Positions 1 through 7,875 of a stretch of 64,000 nt of DNA are shown one piece after another. A program made the translations under genes and the position numbers. The notes below the pieces were generated by a model. The model saw only the letters and a list, made by a program, of their open reading frames with translations, had not been told where the DNA came from and did not search any database. This DNA is from a virus (taxonomy: Duplodnaviria; Caudoviricetes). How positions within the stretch are numbered: the stretch's first letter is position 1; each line of letters starts with the position of its first letter. The stretch is taken from IMG/VR virus record IMGVR_UViG_3300033121_001944, positions 1-64,000 of that record, one strand, 5' to 3'.

Positions 1-230
1 GGGCGTCGCTCAACAGTCTTGAACGCGGGCGGTGATTTCTTGCGGCATTTAGGGGGCTTTGCGTTTAACCGCATATTTTCGGCACCCCCTGCCAGTTTAA
101 CCGATTGTCGCCATTCTTTGCGGTTAGCCGCATTAGCTGTTTCAATCAGTTGTTTTGCTTCGCTTTCGATAGCTTCCGCCATCGTGCAAAGCACTTTTTT
201 CTTTTTTTGTTTTTGTTTGCGTTTATTCAT
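1..230 (-). CDS. Hypothetical protein with basic N-terminus (MNKRKQKQKKKKVLCTMAEAIESEAKQ...), truncated by window edge
   Basis: ATG at 230 (minus) preceded by GGAAGGGA SD; frame is open to position 1; not in the supplied ORF track. Confidence 0.7.
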   Translation of the reverse strand, partial: MNKRKQKQKKKKVLCTMAEAIESEAKQLIETANAANRKEWRQSVKLAGGAENMRLNAKPPKCRKKSPPAFKTVERR

Positions 231-249
231 AGTCCCTTCCCTTGTCGGT

Positions 250-620
250 CCCAGCTAAGAATCTTTACATCGTCCGTAGACATCCCATTACGGCGACCCG
301 CAAAAGGCAACCTTACCAGAGAGAGTAAGGGGGAGAATTTCGATTTACGGTTTCCCGCTTCTACTCTAATCCACAGTTTATAGATAGACTTTTAACCGCA
401 TCCGACAACGTAAGAAAAACGATTGTCTGAATCGTGTCTATGTGAACAGTCCCGCAGATACGGTTTCCCGTATTGTTTAGGCTGTCTCCCGAATTGCCAA
501 TGAACCCCGGAAAAAACTATCGCGTCTCCAGCCCGTTAACGGTTAGGTGTGCCGCTAAGCTTTCGCCTAGAAGTATTGACCTATCGTCCGGCATACTTGC
601 GGGTGGTCTACCACCATTAT
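250..620 (-). ncRNA. Candidate structured non-coding RNA or long structured leader
   Basis: No credible ORF. At least 7 hairpins: 270-296, 311-330, 347-358, 419-435, 458-473, 555-570, 602-615. Three of them close GAAA tetraloops when read on the minus strand. Confidence 0.5.
346..470. repeat. 12-bp direct repeat TACGGTTTCCCG (346-357 and 459-470)
   Basis: Exact match read in the sequence; each copy is a CGG-GAAA-CCG stem-loop on the minus strand. Confidence 0.85.
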
Positions 621-624
621 CTAA

Positions 625-708
625 TTATTCGTTCCATGCAAGGTAAAGCATGCCACCAACAGACGACAGGAAGACAACCGCGAAAGTTACCGTCATGATA
701 GTCAGCAT
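625..708 (-). CDS. 27-aa single-TM peptide (MLTIMTVTFAVVFLSSVGGMLYLAWNE)
   Basis: AAGGGG SD before ATG at 708; TAA at 625-627; hydrophobic; downstream of the predicted promoter at 749-776. Confidence 0.55.
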   Translation of the reverse strand: MLTIMTVTFAVVFLSSVGGMLYLAWNE

Positions 709-748
709 AGCTTACCCCTTGTTTGCCGGACTTCTGTCCGACTCCCCG

Positions 749-776
749 ATTCTACCATATATAATCGGCAACACAA
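749..776 (-). promoter_or_regulatory. Host sigma70-type leftward promoter (extended -10 TGGTAGAAT)
   Basis: The minus strand reads TTGTGT-N16-TAGAAT with the TGn extension, pointing into the peptide, RNA and ORF unit. Confidence 0.5.
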
Positions 777-1023
777 TAGATCGACGCCAATAATTCCGAA
801 AAGATTCCATAAAGATATAGTGGGGCGGCTTGCCGCAAAATCTAACGATTGGCTGACGGCAGTCTTGACATGGGGGCATTTATAGCGTTTGGATTCCATT
901 GGTGGGGACACCCCCCAAAAGGCGGGCGGCGTCTACGCAAACCTCCCAAACTTTTTCCAACAATGTAACAACCAGACTAATTAGATCCCCATCCCCCCCT
1001 TTCTTACTGCGGACACAGTACGC

Positions 1024-1035
1024 GGTGTATTTATA
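1024..1035 (+). promoter_or_regulatory. Putative phage late promoter motif GGTGTAT-TTATA
   Basis: One of 9 copies of GGTGTA(T/A)+AT-rich tail at gene starts; upstream of 1077. Confidence 0.65.
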
Positions 1036-1076
1036 CATTAGTAACTCAACTCATTTTTTTAAATAAAGGACCCACA

Positions 1077-2534
1077 ATGGGAATCTATTCGAACAGTGTC
1101 CCCCCTAACAAACGCCCCCGCCTCGGTATTAACTTAGAAGACCCCTCCTATTATATGGAGGAAGTTCCCTTTACCGATTTGGGAAAGGTTATCTCCCACT
1201 GGAATTCATCTAGCGGCGGTTTCTACAATAATGGTCAAACTCTCCCCATTAATGCGTTTGGTTACCCTTCGGGCACGTTCCCCCCTAACCATCAGGCGAT
1301 GTTCCAGATTGATATGGGTTCGGGTCACCCGCCCGGCTACTATAATGTTCGCTGGCTCCCAACGGGCGTAGCCGTTTCTATTGATAATGCCACCCCCAAC
1401 TCATTCACCTTCCTAAAGGGAACGGGGGCTGTACACTCTCAGCTTATTCGCGTCGGCTCCGGTATTACCTACTTGGGTATTACTAGATCGGGAGATCCCT
1501 ACACAGATGCCGACCAAGTCTTTCAAGAGCCTTTCTTGAGACGGTGCCGCAATTATGAGGCAATCCGCTTTATGAACTGGCTCCTAACTAATACGGATCG
1601 CACCGTCACTTGGGAGAATCGGACCCCCTCCGGCTACTTTACAAATTCCATCACGAATGGAAGTGGTGCCGCCATCGAATATATGGTCGATTTGTGCAAC
1701 GCGACCCAAACTGATATGTGGTTTTGCGTACACCATAAGGCTACCAACGATTATATTATTAAGGCGGCGGAATTCATTAAGGGCAGGCTGAAGCCCGGTC
1801 TCAAGGTTTATTTGGAGCACTCCAACGAAGTTTGGAACGCGGCTTTCCCCCAATACGTTTACTCGACAGGAGTTGGCGTCGGTCCCACCGGAATTGCAGA
1901 CACATACGCTCGCGCCTACGCTTGGCACGTTGCCCGCACCGCCACCGCAGCCCAAATTTTCAAGGCGTCGGGCATCCCCACCGTTTCTGTCCTCGGTGTC
2001 CATTTTGGCAACCCCGGCTTCACCCCGTTTGCGGTCGGTCAGGGCGTGACCATCTCTGGTAACATTGACGCCTTCGCCGTGGGACCCTACCTCGGTAACA
2101 CTTTCTATAGCTTGCCCCACGTTGTGAGCGGCGTTAAGGCTTACGGTGTAAACTGGACGCTCGGCGAACTCTGGCGGGATCTTTACCAGCAGCGGCTTTT
2201 GATGAAGCAGTGGATGGATAATTGTCGCACCTACGGCAAGCAGCTCATTGCATACGAGGCGGGGCAGCACCTAGCTGTTAGCTCGGCTCAACATAGTGAT
2301 ACCGCCCTCTGGCAAGCCTTCATTGATGCGAATCGGCACCCTGGCATGTACGACATTTATCGGGCTTTCCTACAGATGTGGTACGAGGAGACAGATAACT
2401 CCCTAATGATGCTATTTAATAGTTGTCAACATTACGACCAATATAGTAACTGGGGACTTATGGAATATGATAACCAGCCCAACGCACCAAAGTACCGTGC
2501 CGTTATGGACCATTTGTCAGATTATAGATATTAG
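1077..2534 (+). CDS. Putative clan GH-A-like (beta/alpha)8 glycoside hydrolase / polysaccharide depolymerase
   Basis: Motifs LGINL..PF.D, IRFMNW, IEYMVDLCN..D.WFC.HH, LEHSNEVWN (NE acid/base) and AYEAGQH (nucleophile) match a bacterial family often annotated cellulose-binding protein. Confidence 0.65.
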   Translation: MGIYSNSVPPNKRPRLGINLEDPSYYMEEVPFTDLGKVISHWNSSSGGFYNNGQTLPINAFGYPSGTFPPNHQAMFQIDMGSGHPPGYYNVRWLPTGVAVSIDNATPNSFTFLKGTGAVHSQLIRVGSGITYLGITRSGDPYTDADQVFQEPFLRRCRNYEAIRFMNWLLTNTDRTVTWENRTPSGYFTNSITNGSGAAIEYMVDLCNATQTDMWFCVHHKATNDYIIKAAEFIKGRLKPGLKVYLEHSNEVWNAAFPQYVYSTGVGVGPTGIADTYARAYAWHVARTATAAQIFKASGIPTVSVLGVHFGNPGFTPFAVGQGVTISGNIDAFAVGPYLGNTFYSLPHVVSGVKAYGVNWTLGELWRDLYQQRLLMKQWMDNCRTYGKQLIAYEAGQHLAVSSAQHSDTALWQAFIDANRHPGMYDIYRAFLQMWYEETDNSLMMLFNSCQHYDQYSNWGLMEYDNQPNAPKYRAVMDHLSDYRY

Positions 2535-2558
2535 AAAAAGCCCCCCCCCGCGAAGCTA

Positions 2559-2586
2559 TTGACTTACCCCCCGACAAAGCTATAAT
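2559..2586 (+). promoter_or_regulatory. Consensus sigma70 promoter TTGACT-N16-TATAAT
   Basis: TTGACT at 2559-2564 and TATAAT at 2581-2586; ATG of the sigma-like gene follows after a 6-nt gap (2593) with no SD. Confidence 0.8.
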
Positions 2587-2592
2587 GCTTAT

Positions 2593-3201
2593 ATGATTAA
2601 TATTAAACCCAGCGGCTTTTATCGCCCAGTGAGCGAGGCGGACCTCATCGAGGCTGTCGAATCGGCTTCGAGCCGCCTTGCCTATAAGTTTAGATTTGGT
2701 TACCACACAGCAGAAGATATTAAGCAGGAGGCATGGGTGCTCGCCCTGCGTATTATTGATGCGGGAAAGTGGGACGAGGTGCGACCCCTCAAAACGTTTC
2801 TTTATATCTGCCTTCATAACCAATTGTATAATTTTAAAAGAAATAAGTATTTTAGACCGAGTTGTCCATGTGATAAGTGCCCCCTAAACGCTTACGTTAA
2901 GGATACCGACCATTGTTTAGAGTACGCCTCCAAAGACGAATGCAAACACTTCTCAGCCTGGATCAAACGTAATAATGCTAAAAAGGCATTAATGCACCCC
3001 ATCGACATAGAAACTATCTTTAATAATCATGTTAGTACCGGGCTTACCCCAACCGAAATCGCGGAATACCTGGACTGGGTAGAGCGGCGGCTCCCGTTAG
3101 AGTTTGCCGAAACTTGGCAGCTAGCTCGCTCCGGCGAACGTTACAACCAAGCCAACTTTCTAGAAATGGTGGGCTGGCTACAAGAGAATATTGAGCTATG
3201 A
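2593..3201 (+). CDS. Phage-encoded sigma70/ECF-like sigma factor (probable late sigma) with Cys-rich insert
   Basis: Region-2 pattern AEDIKQEAW...RPLKTFLYICLHNQLYNFKRNKY; CPCDKC...C...C insert; short degenerate region 4 (RRLPLEFAETWQL). Confidence 0.7.
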   Translation: MINIKPSGFYRPVSEADLIEAVESASSRLAYKFRFGYHTAEDIKQEAWVLALRIIDAGKWDEVRPLKTFLYICLHNQLYNFKRNKYFRPSCPCDKCPLNAYVKDTDHCLEYASKDECKHFSAWIKRNNAKKALMHPIDIETIFNNHVSTGLTPTEIAEYLDWVERRLPLEFAETWQLARSGERYNQANFLEMVGWLQENIEL

Positions 3202-4028
3202 GCGAAGAGCACAAAAGGGGCGCCCTCTCCACTAAGGAGATGGAGTTCATACGAGCTAACGTAGGCGTGATGGAGCCCGCCGTTATTGCTGCCCATCTTA
3301 ATCGTAACCCCGAACCTATTATTAGGTATATTGCCCGCAACCGGGTAGGGAAGACCTTCGAGGAAATTAAGGGCGAGGCAGAGAAGACTGAGCAGCAGAT
3401 CTTTACCCAGCTTAAGTCTAAGTCTTTCTATAAAAATTTGAAAGAGCAGCTTTCTATAGCGGAGCTTGATTATTTTGCCGACCATTGGGTTTCGCTCGTC
3501 CTTCAGTTTAATGGCGACCTTGCAGCCTCCGAAGAGATGGAGCTGAAAGAGCTGCTTATTTTGGAGATTCTTAAAAATAGAGAGACGGCGTCAGAGTACG
3601 GGCGTATGCAGCTCCTCGATAGTTTGCAAAGTCAGATCCGTGACGAGATGAAAAAGCCGCTCGGTGTACGCGATCAGGAACTTATTGGTAATTTAAGCTC
3701 GCAAGCTTCCTCTATCAAGGTGGCGTCCTCAGCCTATATTAAGAACTTTAAAGATCTTTGTGACCGGGCTGAGAAAATGCGAAAAGCACTGCACGCTTCG
3801 CGGCAGGATCGCGTAAAACATTTAGAGAATGCCAAGGTAGACTTTGTCGCATTCCTCCGGCTATTGGAAGAGCACGGCGAAAAAATAAAGGTGGGTAAGG
3901 AAATGGAGATTATCCGTGCCTCCAAAGAGAAAGAGCAGCGGCGGCTTGCTTCCCTTCATACATTTAGTGATGGAAAGGTAGATCGCCCAATTCTTAGTGC
4001 GGAGACTTTAGATGAAAACAATAATTAG
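3198..4028 (+). CDS. N-terminal HTH plus coiled-coil protein, possible terminase small subunit
   Basis: HTH-like N-terminus (LSTKEMEFI...IAAHLNRNPEPIIRYI), long helical region, located upstream of TerL; the function is positional inference. Confidence 0.4.
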   Translation: MSEEHKRGALSTKEMEFIRANVGVMEPAVIAAHLNRNPEPIIRYIARNRVGKTFEEIKGEAEKTEQQIFTQLKSKSFYKNLKEQLSIAELDYFADHWVSLVLQFNGDLAASEEMELKELLILEILKNRETASEYGRMQLLDSLQSQIRDEMKKPLGVRDQELIGNLSSQASSIKVASSAYIKNFKDLCDRAEKMRKALHASRQDRVKHLENAKVDFVAFLRLLEEHGEKIKVGKEMEIIRASKEKEQRRLASLHTFSDGKVDRPILSAETLDENNN

Positions 4029-4287
4029 CGGGCTTCACTGGTTTATTACTATTATACTTGTTTGTATAGCCTTTTTATCTTATAATAAGATGCGAAATTT
4101 AGAGACTGAGTTTGGTTATTTGTGCGAGATACAACGCACTATTATTATGAATATTTTAGTAGAAGAGGAATTGAAGATTGAAGAAAACAGCCATAGTCAC
4201 GGGATGCCCAGGGCAAGTAGCCACCCATTTAGTACGACACCTATTAAGCTTGAATTATCGAGTTGTCGGGACCTACCGGTACAGTAG
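4012..4287 (+). CDS. Hypothetical protein with N-terminal TM helix
   Basis: Hydrophobic stretch LHWFITIILVCIAFLSY; overlaps both neighbours, including 110 nt of gmd. Confidence 0.4.
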   Translation: MKTIISGLHWFITIILVCIAFLSYNKMRNLETEFGYLCEIQRTIIMNILVEEELKIEENSHSHGMPRASSHPFSTTPIKLELSSCRDLPVQ

Positions 4288-5221
4288 TCAGCCATTTGCT
4301 GAACGTTTCAAAAATTACCCCGCTGACGCGAACTTTATTCCTGCATCAGTAGATATTGTGGACCCATCCGCAGTTTTGAGCTTGCTCAAGGAGTGGGAGC
4401 CAGACGAGATTTATAACTTGGCGGCAGCCGCACATGTGGGAGAATCCTTTAAAAACCCCTCTTCAGTGTTTGATATTAATACTAAGGCAGTTGTCAACTT
4501 CTTAGAGGGGCTGCGGCTTTACCCAGGCACGCGATTTATTCAAGCTTCTACTAGTGAGATGTGGGGATCAAACTATTCGACAGACTCGGCGGGCGTCCGC
4601 TACCAGGATGAGCAAACACCTTTCTTTGGGAATTCACCTTACGCCGTAGCAAAGATTGCCGCCCACAATATGGTCGATCTATACGCAAAGTCGTATGATC
4701 TGTTTTGTTGTAGCTATATTGCTCACAATCACGAGGGCGAATACCGGGGCGAAAATTACGTCACGATGAAGATTGTTAAGTGGGTGGCGGCTTTTAAAAA
4801 GTGGGAACTGGCACACCCTACGGGAAAGAAGACTTACGACAGTGACAATATCTATATTGATGGCGACCCATTTCCGAAGCTTCGCCTCGGCAATATTCAC
4901 TCCGTACGAGACTGGTCCTACGCCGGTGACTTTGCGGAAGCTGCTCATCTTATCTTACAGCAGGAGGAGCCCAAAACTTACGTTCTAGCCAGTGGGCGTG
5001 GGCGTTCCGTAGCCGAATTCTTAGAGATTGCCCTCCGCCATGTGGGTGTCCGCAATTGGCAAGATCATTATATTGTTGACCCCGCCTTTTTCCGACCGTG
5101 CGAGGTTGAATTCCTCCAAGGACGGTCAGACCTCATTAAAGAGGAACTCGGATGGGAACCGAAGGTTAGCTTTGAAGAAATGGTAGAAAGAATGTTCAAT
5201 TATGTTAATTCTAGTCGATAG
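4178..5221 (+). CDS. gmd: GDP-mannose 4,6-dehydratase
   Basis: AIVTG..GQ, EPDEIYNLAA..HVGESF, QASTSE, SPYAVAK, NHE...RGENYVT.KI, LGN....RDW and FRPCEV motifs of Gmd; TTG start. Confidence 0.9.
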   Translation: MKKTAIVTGCPGQVATHLVRHLLSLNYRVVGTYRYSSQPFAERFKNYPADANFIPASVDIVDPSAVLSLLKEWEPDEIYNLAAAAHVGESFKNPSSVFDINTKAVVNFLEGLRLYPGTRFIQASTSEMWGSNYSTDSAGVRYQDEQTPFFGNSPYAVAKIAAHNMVDLYAKSYDLFCCSYIAHNHEGEYRGENYVTMKIVKWVAAFKKWELAHPTGKKTYDSDNIYIDGDPFPKLRLGNIHSVRDWSYAGDFAEAAHLILQQEEPKTYVLASGRGRSVAEFLEIALRHVGVRNWQDHYIVDPAFFRPCEVEFLQGRSDLIKEELGWEPKVSFEEMVERMFNYVNSSR

Positions 5222-5690
5222 CCGGGAGCAAAAACCGTGGAAGTTTAAAGATTACGAATGCCACCGCTGCACGTTAGAGACTGGCGATTATGCTATGGCA
5301 ACGGAGCCCCGCTCTAAATATAAAGATAGTGATCTTAACCACCTTCTTTGTATTGATAGAAAGGGCACCGCCTCGGAACTCTATCAGAACGTTACCCAGG
5401 TCCGCTTTAAGAAAGAGATAGAGCGTATGAAACTATTTAAACACTCTTATCTTATTCTTGAATTTACAGTTGATGACATCATGCGGTTCCCCGTTGGATC
5501 GGATGTGCCGCGTCGCCGCTGGAAGTATTTGAGGGTAAAACCACAATTTGTTATGGGCTACTTAACTACTCTTATGCTTGAGGGTATCCAAGTTATTTTC
5601 GCCGGTAATGCCGCCAACGCACAGCGTATTGCCCTTTCATTAATGAAAAAGGTGTATACGGAACTGGAGGCGTCCAATGACACAAATTGA
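5202..5690 (+). CDS. ERCC4/XPF-family nuclease
   Basis: ILVDSREQ, LETGDY, IDRK...EL and RFKKEIERM motifs. Confidence 0.8.
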   Translation: MLILVDSREQKPWKFKDYECHRCTLETGDYAMATEPRSKYKDSDLNHLLCIDRKGTASELYQNVTQVRFKKEIERMKLFKHSYLILEFTVDDIMRFPVGSDVPRRRWKYLRVKPQFVMGYLTTLMLEGIQVIFAGNAANAQRIALSLMKKVYTELEASNDTN

Positions 5691-5814
5691 AACAGACCTA
5701 AAGGTCAAAGAGGAAAAGGCTCTAGCGGAAGAAGTTAAGAGAGAATTAGAGGAACAGGAGAAGGGCGAATTAACAATCGCCGAACTGATTGAGCGATCTA
5801 ATAAAGTACGATGA
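5677..5814 (+). CDS. 45-aa acidic helical protein (MTQIETDLKVKEEKALAEE...)
   Basis: GGAGG SD at 5666-5670, ATG 5677, TGA 5812-5814; overlaps the ERCC4 stop and the TerL start; missing from the ORF track. Confidence 0.6.
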   Translation: MTQIETDLKVKEEKALAEEVKRELEEQEKGELTIAELIERSNKVR

Positions 5815-7840
5815 GTATAGTGATGCTTGGCTAGGTTTAACCATAGAAGAGCTGGACGTTAAACATAATCCACTTATCACTTTTGACCCATTCTTTAAAG
5901 AAAATCCCCACCTCCAAGTTATTGATCTGCTGAGAAATCCAGATTATCTCGCCTACACGGTGTGGGTCCTTTTCGGGGTAAAGCTGCTTCCATTCCAGGC
6001 TGTTATTCTATCTGAACTATGGCGCCGCCCCTTCCCGCTGTTCGTTGGCTGCCGTGGATTGGGTAAAACCTATCTGTTGGCAGTTTACAGTATGTTGCGG
6101 GCGATGTTCATGCCTGATTATAAAATCGTGGTGGTTGGTGCGGCGTTTCGTCAATCTAAGTTTATTTTTGAATATTGCGAAAAGTTGTGGGAGAATGGTC
6201 CCGTCTACCGCTCGATGTGTTCTACCAATAGTGGTACACGCCGCTCTGTTGATAAGCTCACCTTCCATATTAATGACTCGACTATTACGGCTATCCCCGT
6301 AGGAACTGGCGAAAAGATTAGAGGTTTGCGTGCCAACTCTATTATAGCTGACGAGTTTGACTCTCACAATAAAGAAATCTTCGAAACTGTTATTCAAGGC
6401 TTCGGCGTGGTCTCGGCTTCTCCCGCTGATAATGTGGCAAAGATGGCTAGACTACGTAGATTGCAGGCTGATGGCGTTGTTATTGATGAGGACGATTACA
6501 GGATTGCCTCCAATCAGCTTATTATTAGCGGCACCGCAGGCTATTACTTTGGCACCTTCTTCGAGTACTTTAAGAAGTATAGGGCTGTTGTTGAAAGTAT
6601 GGGGCGGGAGGATGCCTTACTAGAAATCTTTAATGGGGAGATCCCTGACGGGTTCAACTGGAAAGATTGGTCCGTTATCCGAGTTCCTTACCAACTTCTT
6701 CCAGAAGGATTTATGGACTCCAAAATTATCTCGCGTGCCCGTGCGACGACTAATAAATCTATCTTCGCTATGGAATACGAGGCGGTTTTTGCTGAAGATA
6801 GCGAGGGCTTCTTCAAGAGATCTACTATAGAGCGAGCTATCGCAAATGATAAGAATTGTCGCGACCCCAATTGGTTCCCGTGGTGCCCAACCCCGTTCGA
6901 TCCGCAGTTACGCGGCAACTCAAAATCAACATACGTTATGGGGATAGATCCAGCCAGCGAAATTGACAACTTAGCCATCTCTATTCTCGAATGTAAAGAT
7001 GAGCATGCACGCCTAGCTTACGTTTGGACGACGAATAAAAAACAATTCCAGAAGAGGCGGGCGGCTGGTTTTATTCACGAAGACGGGTACTACGCTTTCG
7101 TCGCTAGAAAAATTCGCGACCTCATGAAAGTATTCCCTTGCGAGCGGATCGGGATGGATACTCAGGGGGGCGGTTATGCCTTGATGGAAGCTCTAGCGGC
7201 AAAGAATAATTTACTTCCTGGGGAAGAGCCGTTTTGGGAAATTCCCGGTGAATACGACAAACCAAAGCCTACAGACAGCTATAGCGGCAAACATATTATT
7301 GAGCCAATCCAGTTTGCTAATTATACGTGGACACATGAAGCTAACTTTGCTTTACAAAAAGATCTTGAGACGGGCAAATTGCTTTTTCCAAGGTTTGATC
7401 CGGTAACGATTGAGCTATCTATCTTAGATGACAAAGCCCGGATTGAAAAGTTAGAGCGTGATCAGCCAGATATCGCCCACGAAGTATTAATGTATGACAC
7501 TCTAGAGGATGCCGTCCTAGAAGTCGAAGAATTAAAAAATGAGCTTGCTTCCATTATTGTTAGTAAGGCACCCGGCGTGACAGCTAGATTTCGCTGGACT
7601 GTGCCCGAAATCCGCATAGACGCTAACAGGAAAGCTCCATCCCGTAAAGACCGCTATAGCTCACTTCTTATCGCTAACTATATGGCTCGCCAAATTTATG
7701 GAGAAGCCCCAGATAAGGTTACTTATAGACCAATTGGCGGACTTGTTGGTGGACCAGTTAAAAAGACCGGTAAGGGGGCGCCCCTTTATACTGGACCAGA
7801 ATGGTACACTAAGCAATTTAATCGTATCTTTACCAAATAG
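5789..7840 (+). CDS. terL: Terminase large subunit
   Basis: Walker A GCRGLGKT, IRGLRANSIIADEFD Walker B, EYEAVF, RNase H-like MGIDPA...D...D; TTG start. Confidence 0.92.
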   Translation: MSDLIKYDEYSDAWLGLTIEELDVKHNPLITFDPFFKENPHLQVIDLLRNPDYLAYTVWVLFGVKLLPFQAVILSELWRRPFPLFVGCRGLGKTYLLAVYSMLRAMFMPDYKIVVVGAAFRQSKFIFEYCEKLWENGPVYRSMCSTNSGTRRSVDKLTFHINDSTITAIPVGTGEKIRGLRANSIIADEFDSHNKEIFETVIQGFGVVSASPADNVAKMARLRRLQADGVVIDEDDYRIASNQLIISGTAGYYFGTFFEYFKKYRAVVESMGREDALLEIFNGEIPDGFNWKDWSVIRVPYQLLPEGFMDSKIISRARATTNKSIFAMEYEAVFAEDSEGFFKRSTIERAIANDKNCRDPNWFPWCPTPFDPQLRGNSKSTYVMGIDPASEIDNLAISILECKDEHARLAYVWTTNKKQFQKRRAAGFIHEDGYYAFVARKIRDLMKVFPCERIGMDTQGGGYALMEALAAKNNLLPGEEPFWEIPGEYDKPKPTDSYSGKHIIEPIQFANYTWTHEANFALQKDLETGKLLFPRFDPVTIELSILDDKARIEKLERDQPDIAHEVLMYDTLEDAVLEVEELKNELASIIVSKAPGVTARFRWTVPEIRIDANRKAPSRKDRYSSLLIANYMARQIYGEAPDKVTYRPIGGLVGGPVKKTGKGAPLYTGPEWYTKQFNRIFTK

Positions 7841-7843
7841 TCT

Positions 7844-7855
7844 GGTGTAATTAAA
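7844..7855 (+). promoter_or_regulatory. Putative late promoter GGTGTAA-TTAAA
   Basis: Starts 4 nt after the TerL stop; followed by AGGAG SD and ATG 7876. Confidence 0.7.
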
Positions 7856-7875
7856 GGGTAAGGAGAATTCTTTAA

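Noticed and set aside
250-620. tRNA, tmRNA or group II intron identity for the structured region
   Set aside because: No cloverleaf/T-loop/CCA, tag reading frame, or domain V and GUGYG ends were recognised.
865-892. TTGACA at 865 as a sigma70 promoter
   Set aside because: No acceptable -10 hexamer at 15-19 nt spacing.
5677-5814. Programmed frameshift fusing the 45-aa ORF to TerL
   Set aside because: No slippery heptamer or shift signal is visible; translational coupling to a TTG start is simpler.
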